Positions 44,301 to 57,045 of a stretch of DNA of 64,000 nt are shown here, one piece after another. Source of the stretch: the human T2T-CHM13v2.0 reference genome, Homo sapiens. Where the stretch lies: the NCBI GenBank assembly GCA_009914755.4, contig CP068257.2, forward strand, positions 1,184,001-1,248,000, written 5' to 3'. The notes below the pieces were generated by a model, which was not told the DNA's origin, made no database searches, and worked only from the letters and a program-made list of their open reading frames with translations. A program made the position numbers and the translations under genes. Position 1 is the first letter of the stretch. Each line of letters starts with the position of its first letter.

Positions 44301-47300
44301 AATGGAATGAGATGGGATGGAATGGAATGGAATGGAAGTTAATCAACACGAATGGAATGGAATGGAATGGAATGGGATGGAATGGAATGGAATGAAATGG
44401 AAAGGAACGGAATGGAATCAACACGAGTGATATGGAATGGAACGGAATGGAATCAACGCGAGAAGAATGAAATGGAATGCAATGCAATGAGATGCAGTGG
44501 AATAAACCGGAGTGGAATGGAATGGAATGGAATGGAAAGGAATGGAATGAAATGGAATGGATCGGAATGGAATCCAATGGAATCAACTGGAGTGGAATGG
44601 AATGGAATGGAATGGAATAGAATGGAATGGAATGGAATGGAATAAATCAGGGTGGAGTGGAATGGAATGTAATGGAGTGGAATGTAATGGAATTTAGTGG
44701 AATGGAATGGAATGGAATGGAATGGAATGGAATGAAATGAAATGGATTGGATCCGAATGGAATCCAATGGAATCAACTGGAATGGAATGGAATGGAATGG
44801 AATAAATCCGGGTGGAGTGGAATGGAATGTAATGGAGTGTAATGGAATGGAATGGAATGGAATGGAATGAACCCGAATGGAATGGAATGGATTGCAATGG
44901 AATGGAATGGAATGGTATGGAATGGATCAGAATGGAATCCAATGGAATCAACTGGAATGGAATGAAAGGAATGGAATGGAATCTAATAAATCCGGGTGGA
45001 GTGGAATGGAATGTAATGGAGTGGAGTGGAATGGAATGTAATGGAGTGGAATGTAATGGAATTTAGTGGAATGGAATGGAACGGAATGGAATGGAATGGA
45101 ATGGAATCAACACGAATGGAATGGACCGGAATGGAATGGGATGGGATGGTATGGAAAGGAATGGAAGTTAATCAATACGAATGGAATGGAACGGAATGGA
45201 ATGGAATGGAATGGAATGGAATGGAATGGACTCGAATGGAATGGAATGGATTGGAATGGAATGGAATGGTATCAACATGAGCGGAAAGTAATGGAATGGA
45301 ATGGAGTGGAATGGAATGCAATGGAATGGAATGGAATGGAATGGAATCAACACTAATGGAATGGAATGGAATGGAATGGGATGGGATGGAATGGAATGGA
45401 ATGGAAGTTAATCAACACGAATGGAATGGAATGGAATGGAATCGAATGGAATGGAATGGAATGGAATGAACCCGAATGTAATGGAATGGATTGGAATGGA
45501 ATGGAATGGAATCAACCCGAGTAGAAGGGAATGGAATGGAATCGAGTGGAATGGAATGTAATTTAATGGAATGGAATGGAATGGAATGGAATCAACCTGA
45601 GCGGAAAGGATTGTAATGGAATGGAATGGAATGGAATTGAATGGAATGGAATGGAATCAACACGAATGGAATGGAACGGAATGGAATGGAATGGAATGGA
45701 ATGGAAAGGAATGGAATGGAATAAACACGAGTGGAATGGAATGGAACGGAATGGAATCAACCCGAGTGGAATGAAATGGAATGTAGTGCAATGGGTTGGA
45801 GGGGAATCAACCCGAGTGGAATTGAATGGAATTGAATGGAATGGAATGGAATGAAATGGAATGGATCGGAATGGAACCCAATGGAATCAACTGGAATGGA
45901 ATGGAATGGAATAGAATGGAATGGAATGGAATGGAATGGAATGGAATTGAATGGAATGGAATAAATCCGGGTGGAGTGGAATGGAATAGAATGGAGTGGA
46001 ATGTAATGGAATTTTGTGGAATGGAGTGGAATATAATGGAATTTTGTGGAATGGAATGGAATGGAATGGAATGGAATGGAATGGAATGAAATGGATTGGA
46101 TCGGAATGGAATCCAATGGAATCAACTGGAATGGAATGGAATGGAATGGAATTCAATGGAATGGAATGGAATAAATCCGGGTGGAGTGGAATGGAATGAA
46201 ATGGAGTGAAATGGAATGGAATTTATTGGAATGGAATGGAAAGGAATGGAATGGAATGGAATGGAATTGAATGGAATGGAATCAACCCGAATGGAATGGA
46301 ATGGAATGGAATGGAAAGGAATGGAATGGCATGGAATGGAATGGAATGGAATGGAATGGAATGGAATCAACACGAATGGGATGGCATGGAATTGAATTGA
46401 ATCGAATGGAATGGAATGGAATGGAATGGATTGGAATGGAATCAACCACAATTTAATGGAATGGAATGGAATGGAGTGGACTGGAATGGAATGTAACGGA
46501 ATGGTATGGAATGGAATCAACACGAATGGAATGGAAAGGAATGGAATGGGATGGGATGGACTGGAATGGAATGGAAGTTAATCAACACGAATGGAATGGA
46601 ACGGAATGGAATCGAATGGAATGGAACGGAATGGAATGAAACCGAATGGAATGGAATGGATTGGAATGGAATGGAATGGAATCAATCTGAGCGGAAAGGA
46701 ATTGAATGGAACGGAGTGGAATGGAATATAATGGAATGGAATGGAAAGGAATGGAATCAACAAGAATGGAATGGAACGGAATGGAATGGGATGGGATGGA
46801 ATGGAATGGAATGGAAGTTAATCAACACGAATGGAATGGGACGGAATGGAATGGAATGGAATGGAATGGAATGAACCCGAATGGAATGGAATGGATTGGT
46901 ATGGAATGGAATGGAATCAACCCGAGCGGAAAAGATTGGAATGGAATGGAGTGGAATGGAATGTAATGGAATGGAATGGAATGGAATGGAATCAAAACGA
47001 ATGGAATGGAACTGAATGGAATGGTATGGGATGGAATGGAATGGAATGGAATGGAAGTTAATCAACACGAATAGAATGGAATGGAATGGAATGGAATGGA
47101 ATGAAATGGAAAGGAACGGAATGGAATCAACACGAGTGGAATGGAGTGGAATGGAATGGAATCAACCCGAGTGGAATGAAATGGAATGTAGTGCAATGGG
47201 ATGGAGAGGAATCAACCCGAGTGGAATGGAATGGAATGGAATGGAATAAATCCGGGTGGAGTGGAATGGAATGTAATGGAGTGGAATGTAATGGAATTTA

Positions 47301-50300
47301 GTGGAATGGAATGGAATGGAATGGAATGGAATGAAATGGATTAGATCGGAATGGAATCCAATGGAATCAACTGGAATGGAATGGAATGGAATGGAATGGA
47401 ATAAATCCGGGTGGAGTGGCATGGAATGTAATGGAGTGGAATGGAATGGAATTTAGTGGGATGGAATGGAATGGAATGGAATGGAATGGAATCAACCGGA
47501 ATGGGATGGCATGGAACGGAATTGAGTGGAATGGAATGGAATGGAGTGGAATGGAACGGAATGGAGTGGAATGGAATAAACACCAGGGGAATGAAACGGA
47601 TTGGAATGAAATGGAATGGAATGGAATGAAGTCAACACGAGTGGAATGGAAAGGAATGGAATGGAATGGAAAGGAATGAATGGAATGGAATGGTGTGGAA
47701 TCAACACGAGAGGAATGGAATGGAATGGAATGGAATCAACCCGAGCGGAAAGGAATGGAATGGAATGGAGTGGAATAGAATGGAATGAAATCAACCCGAC
47801 TGGAATGGAACGGAATGGAATGGAATGGAAAGGAATGAATGGAATGGAATGGGGTGGAATCAACACGAGAGGAATGGAATGGAATGGAATGGAACAGAAC
47901 GGAATGGAAAGGAATGGAATGGAATGAACCCGAATGGAATGGAATGGATTGGAATGGAATGGAATGGAATCAACCCTAGCGGAAAGGAATGGAATGGAAT
48001 GGAGTGGAATGGAATGGAATGGAATGGAATGGAATGGAATCAACACGAATGGAATGGAACGGAATGGAATGGGATGGGATGGAATGGAATGGAATGGAAG
48101 TTAATCAACACGAATGGAATGGAAAGGAGTGGCATGGAATGGCATGGAATGGAATGGAATGGAATGGAATAGAATGAAATGGAAAGGAAAGGAATGGAAT
48201 CAACACGAGTGGAATGGAATGGAACCGAATGGAATCAACAAGAGTGGAATGAAATGGAATGTAATGCAATGGGATGGAGTGGAATCAACCCGAGTGGAAT
48301 GGAATGGAATGGAATGGAATGGAAGTTAATCAACACGAATTGAATGGAATGGAATGGAATGGAATGGAATGGAATGGAATGAAATGGAAAGGAACGGAAT
48401 GGAATCAACACGAGTGATATGGAATGGAAAGGAATGGAATCAACGTGAGAGGAATGAAATGGAATGCAATGCAATGGGATGCAGTGGAATCAACCGGAGT
48501 GGAATGGAATGTAATGGAATGGAAAGGAATGGAATGAAATAGAATGGATCGGAATGGAATCCAATGGAATCAACTGGAATGGAATGGAATGGAATGGAAT
48601 GCAATGGAATGGAATAAATCCGGGTGGAGTGGAATGGAATGTAATGGAGTGGAATGTAATGGAATTTACTGGAACGGAATGGAATGGAATGGAAAGGAAT
48701 GAATGGAATGGAATGGTGTGGAATCAACACGAGAGGAATGGAAAGGAATGGAATGGAATGGAATGGAACGGAATGGAAAGGAATGGAATGGAATGAACCC
48801 GAATGTAATGGAATGGATTGGAATGGAATGGAATGGAATCAACCCGAGCGGAAAGGAATGGAATGGAATGGAGTGGAATGTAATGTAAAGTAATGGAATG
48901 GAATGGAATAAATCCGGGTGGAATGGAATGGAATGTAATGGAGTGGAATGGAATGGAATTTAGTGGAATGGAATGGATTGGATTCAACCTGAATGGAATG
49001 GAACGGAATGGAAAGGAAAGGAATGGAATGGAATGAAATGGAATGGAATGGATTGGAATGCAATGTAATGTAATGGGATGGAATGGAATGGAATAAACAC
49101 GAATGGAATGGAACGGAATGGAATGGGATGGGATGGAATGCAATGGAATGTAAGTTAATCAACACGAATGGAATGGAACGGAATGGAATGGAATGGAACG
49201 GAATGGAATGGAATGGAATGGAATGGAATGAACCCAAATGGAAAGGAATGGATTGGAACGGAATGGAATGGAATCAACCTGAGCGGAATGGAATGGAATG
49301 GAATGGAGTGGAATGGAATGTAATGGAATGGAATGGAATGGAATGGAGTGGAATGGAATGTAAGGGAATGGAATGGAATGGAATGGAATTAACACGAAAG
49401 GAATGGAAAGGAATAGAAAGGGATGGGATGGAATGGAATGGATTGGAAGTTAATCAACACGAATGGAATGGAACGGAATGGAAAGGAATGGAATGGAATG
49501 AAACCCAATGGAATGGAATGGATTGGAATGGAATGGAACGGAATCAACCCGAGCGGAAAGGAATGGAATGGAATGGAGTGGAATGGAATGTAATGTAACA
49601 GAATGGAATGGAATGGAATCAACACGAATGGAATGGAACGGAATGGAATGGGATGGGATGGAATGGAGTGGAATGGAAGTTAATCAACAAGAATGGAATG
49701 GAACGGAATGGAATGGAATGGAATGGAATGGAATGGAATGAACCCGAATGGAATAGAATGGATTGGAATGGAATGGAAAGGAATCAACCCGAGCGGAAAG
49801 GAATTGAATGGAATGGAGTGGAATGGAATATAATGGAATGGAATGGAAAGGAATGGAATCAAAAAGAATGGAATGGAACGGAATGGAATGGGATGGGATG
49901 GAATGGAATGGAATGGAAGTTAATCAACACGAATGGAATGGGACGGAATGGAATGGAATGGATTGGAATGGAAGGAACCCGAATGGAATGGAATGGATTG
50001 GTATGGAATGGAATGGAATCAACCCGAACGGAAAGGATTGGAATGGAATGGAGTGGAATGTAATGTAATGTAATGGAATGGAATGGAATCAAAACGAATG
50101 GAATGGAACGGAATGGATTGGTATGGGATGGAATGGAATGGAATGGAAGTTAATCAACACGAATGGAATGGAATGGAATGGAATGGAATGGAATGGAATG
50201 GAATGAAATGGAAAGGAACGGAATGGAATCAACACGAGTGGAATGGAGTGGAACGGAATGGAATCAACCCGAGTGGAATGAAATGGAATGTAGTGCAATG

Positions 50301-51629
50301 GGATGGAGTGGAATCAACCCGAGTGGAATGGAATGGAATGGAATGGAATGGAATAAATCCGGGTGGAGTGGAATGGAATGTAATGGAGTGGAATGAAATG
50401 GAATTTAGTTGAATGGAATGGAATGGAATGGAATGGAATGGAATGGAATGGAATGGAATGAAAAGGATTGGATCGGAATGGAATCCAATGGAATCAACTA
50501 GAATGGAATGGAATGGAATAAATCCGGGTGGAGTGGCATGGAATGTAATGGAGTGGAATGGAATGGAATTTAGTGGGATGGAATGGAATGGAATGGAATG
50601 GAATGCAATGGAATGGAATGGAATCAACCGGAATGGGATGGCATGGAAAGGAATTGAGTGGAATGGAATGGAATGGAATGGAGTGGAATGGAACGGAATG
50701 GAGTGGAATGGAATAAACACCAGGGGAATGAAATGGATTGGAATGAAATTGAATGGAATGGAATTGAATGGAATGAAGTCAACACGAGTGGAATGGAAAG
50801 GAATGGAATGGAATGGAATGGAAAGGAATGAATGGAATGGAATGGTGTGAAATCAACACGAGAGGAATGGAATGGAATGGAATGGAACGGAACGGAATGG
50901 AAAGGAATGGAATGGAATGAACCCGAATGGAATGGAATGGATTGGAATGGAATGGAATGGAATCAACCCGAGCGGAAAGGAATGGAATGGAATAGAGTGG
51001 AATGGAATGTAATGGAATGGAATGGAAATGAATGGAATCAACACTAATGGAATGGTACGGAATGGAATGGGTTGGGATGGAATGGAATGGAATGGAAGTT
51101 ACACAACACGAATGGAATGGAACAGAATGGAATGGAATGGAATGGAATGGAATGAACCCGAATGGATTGCAGTGGATTGGAATGGAATGGAACGGAATCA
51201 TCACGAGCAGAAAGGAATGGAATGGAATGGAGTGGAATGGAATGTAATGGAATGGAATGGAATGGAATGGAGTGGAATGGAATGTAATGGAATGGAATGG
51301 AATGGAATGGAATCAACACGAATGGAATGGAAATGAATGGAATGGGATGGGATGGAATGGAATGGAATGGAAGTTAATCAGCACGAATGGAATGGAACGG
51401 AATGGAATGGAATGGAATGGAATGGAATGGAATGGAATGGAATAGAATGAAATGGAAAGGAACGGAATGGAGTCAACACGAGTGGAATGGAATGGAACGG
51501 AATGGAATCAACCCGAGTGGAATGAAAAGGAATGTAATGCAATGGGATGGAGGGGAATCAACCCGAGTGGAGTGGAATGGAATGGAATGAAATGGAATTT
51601 AATGCAATGTGATGGAGGGGAATCAACCC

Positions 51630-54600
51630 GAGTGGAATGGAATGGAATGGAATGGAATGGAATGGAATGGAATGGAATCAACCCGAATGGGATGGCATGG
51701 AATGGAATTGAATAGAATGGAATGGAATGTAATGGAATGGAATGGAATGGAATGGAATCAACTCAAGTGCAATGGAATGGACTGGAATGCAATGCAATCC
51801 ACCCGAGTGGAATGGAATTGAGTGGAATGCAATGGAATAGATTGGAATGGAATGGAGTGGAATGGAACGGAATGGAGTGGAATGGAATAAATACCGGGGG
51901 AATGAAATGGATTGGAATGAAATGGAATGGAATGGAATGGAATGGAATGGAATGGAATGGAATGAAATCAACCCGAGTGGAATGGAACGGAATGCAATGG
52001 AATGGAAAGGAATGAATGGAATGGAATGGTGTGGAATCAACACGAGAGGAATGGAATGGAATGGAATGGAACGGAACGGAATGGAAAGGAATGGAATGGA
52101 ATGAACCGGAATGGAATGGAATGGATTGGAATGGAATGGAATGGAATCAACCTGAGCGGAAAGGAATAGAATGGATTGGAGTGGAATGGAATGGAATGGA
52201 ATGGAATGGAATGGAATGGAATGGAATGGAATGGAATCAACACAAACGGAATGGAATGGAATGGAATGGGATGGGATGGGATGGAATGGAATGGAATGGA
52301 ATGGAAGTTAATCAACACGAATGGAATGTATCTGAATGGAATGGAATGGAATGAACACGAATGGAATGGAATGAATCCGAATGGAATGGAATGGATTGGA
52401 ATGGAATGGAATGGAATCAACCCAAGCGGAAAGGAATGAAATGGAATGCAGTGGAATGGAATGTAATATAATGGAATGGAATGGAATCAACAGGAATGCA
52501 ATGGAACGGAATGGAATGGGATGGGACAGAATGGAGTGGAATGGAAGTTAATCAACACGAATGGAATGGAACGGAATGGAATGGAATGGAATGGAATGGA
52601 ATGAACCCGAATGGAATGGAATGGATTGGAATGGAATGGAATGGAATCAAACCGAGTGGAAAGGAATAGAATGGATTGGAGTGGAATGGAATGGAATGGA
52701 ATGGAATGGAATGGAATGGAATGGAATGGAATCAACACAAACGGAATGGAATGGGATGGGATGGAATGGAATGGAATGGAATGGAAGTTAATCAACACGA
52801 ATGGAATGTATCTGAATGGAATGGAATGGAATGAACACGAATGGAATGGAATGAATCCGAATGGAATGGAATGCATTGGAATGGAATGGAATGGAATCAA
52901 CCCGAGCGGAAAGGAATGAAATGGAATGCAGTGGAATGGAATGTAATATAATGGAATGGAATGGAATCAACAGGAATGGAATGGAACGGAATGGAATGGG
53001 ATGGGATGGAATGGAGTGGAATGGAAGTTAATCAACACGAATGGAATGGAACGGAATGGAATGGAATGGAATGGAATGGAATGAACTCGAATGGAATGGA
53101 ATGGATTGGAATGGAATGGAATGGAGTCAACCCGAGCGGAAAGGAATGGAATGGAGTGGAATGGAAAGTAATGGAATGGAATGGAATCAAAACGAATGGA
53201 ATGGAATGGAATGGAATGAAATGGAATGGGATGGGATGGAATGGAATGGAATGGAAGTTAATCAACACGAATGGAATGGAACGGAATAGAACGGAATGGA
53301 ATGGAATGGAATGAAATGGAAAGGAACGGAATGGAATCAACACGAGTGGAATGGAATGGAACATAATGGAATCAACCCGAGTGGAATGAAGTGGAATGTA
53401 ATGCAATGGGATGGAGTGGAATCAACCCGAGTGTAATGGAATGGAATGGAATAGAATGAAATGGAATTGATGTGAATGGAATCCAATGGAATCAACTGGA
53501 ATGGAATGGAATGGAATGGAATGGAATGGAATAAATCCGGGTGGAGTGCAATGGAATGTAATGGAGTGGAATGCAATGGAATTTAGTGGAATGGAATGGA
53601 ATGGAATGGAATGGAATGGAATGAAATGGATTGGATCGGAATGGAATCCAATGGAATCAACTGGAATGGAATGTAATGGAATGGAATGGAATGGAATAAA
53701 TCCGGGTGGAGTGGAATAGAATGAAATGAAGTGGAATGGAATGGAATTAATGGAATGGAATGGAATCAACCCGAATGGAATGGAACGGAATGGAATGGAA
53801 TGGAATGGAATGGAATCAACCCGAATGGGATGGCATGGAATGGAATTGAATACAATGGAATGGAATGTAATGGAATGGAATGGAATGGAATCAACTCAAG
53901 TGCAATGGAATGGACTGGAATGCAATGCAATCCACCCGAGTGGAATGGAATTGAGTGGAATGAAATGGAATAGATTGGAATGGAATGGAGTGGAATGGAA
54001 CGGAATGGAGTGGAATGGAATAAACACCGGGGGAATGAAATGGATTGGAATGAAATGGAATGGAATGGAATGGAATGTAATGGAATGGAATGGAATGAAA
54101 TCAACCCGAGTGGAATGGAACGGAATGCAATGGAATGGAAAGGAATGAATGGAATGGAATGGTGTGGAATCAACACGAGAGGAATGGAATGGAATGGAAT
54201 GGAACGGAACGGAATGGAAAGGAATGGAATGGAATGAACCGGAATGGAATGGAATGGATTGGAATGGAATGGAATGGAATCAACCCGAGCGGAAAGGAAT
54301 AGAATGGATTGGAGTGGAATGGAATGGAATGGAATGGAATGGAATGGAATGGAATGGAATGGAATGGAATGGAATCAACACAAACGGAATGGAATGGAAT
54401 GGAATGGGATGGGATGGAATGGAATGGAATGGAATGGAAGTTAATCAACACGAATGGAATGTATCTGAATGGAATGGAATGGAATGAACACGAATGGAAT
54501 GGAATGAATCCGAATGGAATGGAATGGATTGGAATGGAATGGAATGGAATCAACCCGAGCGGAAAGGAATGAAATGGAATGCAGTGGAATGGAATGTAAT

Positions 54601-57036
54601 ATAATGGAATGGAATGGAATCAACAGGAATGCAATGGAACGGAATGGAATGGGATGGGACAGAATGGAGTGGAATGGAAGTTAATCAACACGAATGGAAT
54701 GGAACGGAATGGAATGGAATGGAATGGAATGGAATGAACCCGAATGGAATGGAATGGATTGGAATGGAATGGAATGGAATCAAACCGAGTGGAAAGGAAT
54801 AGAATGGATTGGAGTGGAATGGAATGGAATGGAATGGAATGGAATGGAATGGAATGGAATGGAATGGAATGGAATCAACACAAACGGAATGGAATGGGAT
54901 GGGATGGAATGGAATGGAATGGAATGGAAGTTAATCAACACGAATGGAATGTATCTGAATGGAATGGAATGGAATGAACACGAATGGAATGGAATGAATC
55001 CGAATGGAATGGAATGGATTGGAATGGAATGGAATGGAATCAACCCGAGCGGAAAGGAATGAAATGGAATGCAGTGGAATGGAATGTAATATAATGGAAT
55101 GGAATGGAATCAACAGGAATGGAATGGAACGGAATGGAATGGGATGGGATGGAATGGAGTGGAATGGAAGTTAATCAACACGAATGGAATGGAACGGAAT
55201 GGAATGGAATGGAATGGAATGGAATGAACTCGAATGGAATGGAATGGATTGGAATGGAATGGAATGGAGTCAACCCGAGCGGAAAGGAATGGAATGGAGT
55301 GGAATGGAAAGTAATGGAATGGAATGGAATCAAAACGAATGGAATGGAATGGAATGGAATGAAATGGAATGGGATGGGATGGAATGGAATGGAATGGAAG
55401 TTAATCAACACGAATGGAATGGAACGGAATGGAATGGAAAGGAATAGAACGGAATGGAATGGAATGGAATGAAATGGAAAGGAACGGAATGGAATCAACA
55501 CGAGTGGAATGGAATGGAACATAATGGAATCAACCCGAGTGGAATGAAGTGGAATGTAATGCAATGGGATGGAGTGGAATCAACCCGAGTGTAATGGAAT
55601 GGAATGGAATAGAATGAAATGGAATTGATGTGAATGGAATCCAATGGAATCAACAGGAATGGAATGGAATGGAATGGAATGGAATGGAATGGAATAAATC
55701 CGGGTGGAGTGCAATGGAATGTAAAGGAGTGGAATGCAATGGAATTTAGTGGAATGGAATGGAATGGAATGGAATGGAATGGAATGAAATGGATTGGATC
55801 GGAATGGAATCCAATGGAATCAACTGGAATGGAATGTAATGGAATGGAATGGAATGGAATAAATCCGGGTGGAGTGGAATGGAATGAAATGAAGTGGAAT
55901 GGAATGGAATTAATGGAATGGAATGGAATCAACCCGAATGGAATGGAACGCAATGGAATGGAATGGAATGGAATGGAATGGAATCAACCCGAATGGGATG
56001 GCATGGAATGGAATTGAATAGAATGGAATGGAATGTAATGGAATGGAATGGAATGGAATCAACTCAAGTGCAATGGAATGGACTGGAATGCAATGCAATC
56101 CACCCGAGTGGAATGGAATTGAGTGGAATGAAATGGAATAGATTGGAATGGAATGGAGTGGAATGGAACGGAATGGAGTGGAATGGAATAAACACCGGGG
56201 GAATGAAATGGATTGGAATGAAATGGAATGGAATGGAATGGAATGTAATGGAATGGAATGGAATGAAATCAACCCGAGTGGAATGGAACGGAATGCAATG
56301 GAATGGAAAGGAATGAATGGAATGGAATGGTGTGGAATCAACACGAGAGGAATGGAATGGAATGGAATGGAACGGAACGGAATGGAAAGGAATGGAATGG
56401 AATGAACCGGAATGGAATGGAATGGATTGGAATGGAATGGAATGGAATCAACCCGAGCGGAAAGGAATAGAATGGATTGGAGTGGAATGGAATGGAATGG
56501 AATGGAATGGAATGGAATGGAATCAACACAAACGGAATGGAATGGAATGGAATGGGATGGGATGGAATGGAATGGAATGGAATGGAAGTTAATCAACACG
56601 AATGGAATGTATCTGAATGGAATGGAATGGAATGAACACGAATGGAATGGAATGAATCCGAATGGAATGGAATGGATTGGAATGGAATGGAATGGAATCA
56701 ACCCGAGCGGAAAGGAATGAAATGGAATGCAGTGGAATGGAATGTAATATAATGGAATGGAATGGAATCAACAGGAATGGAATGGAACGGAATGGAATGG
56801 GATGGGATGGAATGGAGTGGAATGGAAGTTAATCAACACGAATGGAATGGAACGGAATGGAATGGAATGGAATGGAATGGAATGAACCCGAATGGAATGG
56901 AATGGATTGGAATGGAATGGAATGGAATCAACCCGAGCGGAAAGGAATGGAATGGAATGGAGTGGAATGTAATGGAATGTAATGGAATGGAATGGAATGG
57001 AAAGGAGTGAAATCAACACGAATGGAATGGAACGGT
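51630..57036 (+). repeat. About 2.13-2.17-kb HSat3 higher-order period, about 2.5 tandem copies, the last cut by the HSat1A junction; contains a nested 480-490-bp sub-repeat
   Basis: 51722..52015, 53726..54148 and 55894..56316 end 2133 and 2168 bp apart. 51847..52104, 53980..54237 and 56148..56405 are identical 85-aa peptides. 52016..52354 and 54149..54487 match. 52037..52420(-) and 54170..54553(-) match. The sub-repeat is 52308..52490(-) and 52788..52970(-) at +480, and 54441..54623 and 54931..55113 at +490, with the same peptide MIPFHSIILHSIPLHSISFLSA[W/R]VDSIPFHS... Confidence 0.7.
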
Positions 57037-57045
57037 ATTATATAC
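57030..57045. other. Abrupt HSat3/HSat1A satellite junction with no intervening unique or transposon sequence
   Basis: The sequence ggaatggaatggaacgg is followed directly by tattatatactgtaaataaaatatcaaagtacacc. The last GGAAC-GG unit ends at about 57036. The next base begins the B-subunit-like ATTATATACTGT of the 42-mer. Confidence 0.8.

Larger units (their letters stand above)
1..57036 (+). repeat. Human Satellite III-type (GGAAT)n pentameric satellite array, single orientation, no interruptions
   Basis: GGAATGGAATGG is visible throughout. Recurrent diverged motifs are caacccgagtggaatg, caacacgaatggaatggaacgg, ataaatccgggtggagtggaatg and aaacaccaggggaatgaaatggattgg. The reverse strand is (ATTCC)n. 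Every forward ORF is a (MEWNG)n variant and every reverse ORF is (IPFHS)n, as expected from a 5-bp period read in a 3-bp frame. Confidence 0.9.

Noticed and set aside
1-57036. Annotating the many 60-360-aa ORFs of the six-frame track as CDS or repetitive-protein genes
   Set aside because: All are (MEWNG)n or (IPFHS)n-type translations of the pentamer satellite. Identical peptides recur at HOR offsets on both strands simultaneously. There is no start or stop context, no codon bias and no frame preference.
1-57036. Classifying the pentameric array as HSat2 or as telomeric or subtelomeric repeat
   Set aside because: HSat2 is far more degenerate, with a CATTCGATTCCATTCGATGAT-type 23-26-bp structure. 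Here long pure GGAAT runs are punctuated by CAACCCGAGT, which is the HSat3 signature. No TTAGGG runs are present.
1-57036. Y-chromosome DYZ1 (3.56-kb HOR) identity
   Set aside because: No approximately 3.56-kb periodicity was seen. The observed periods are 6.65, 3.9, 2.15, 1.9, 1.4, 1.2 and 0.83 kb. The adjacent satellite is the 42-bp HSat1A rather than the Alu-containing DYZ2/HSat1B unit. This cannot be fully excluded without a database search.
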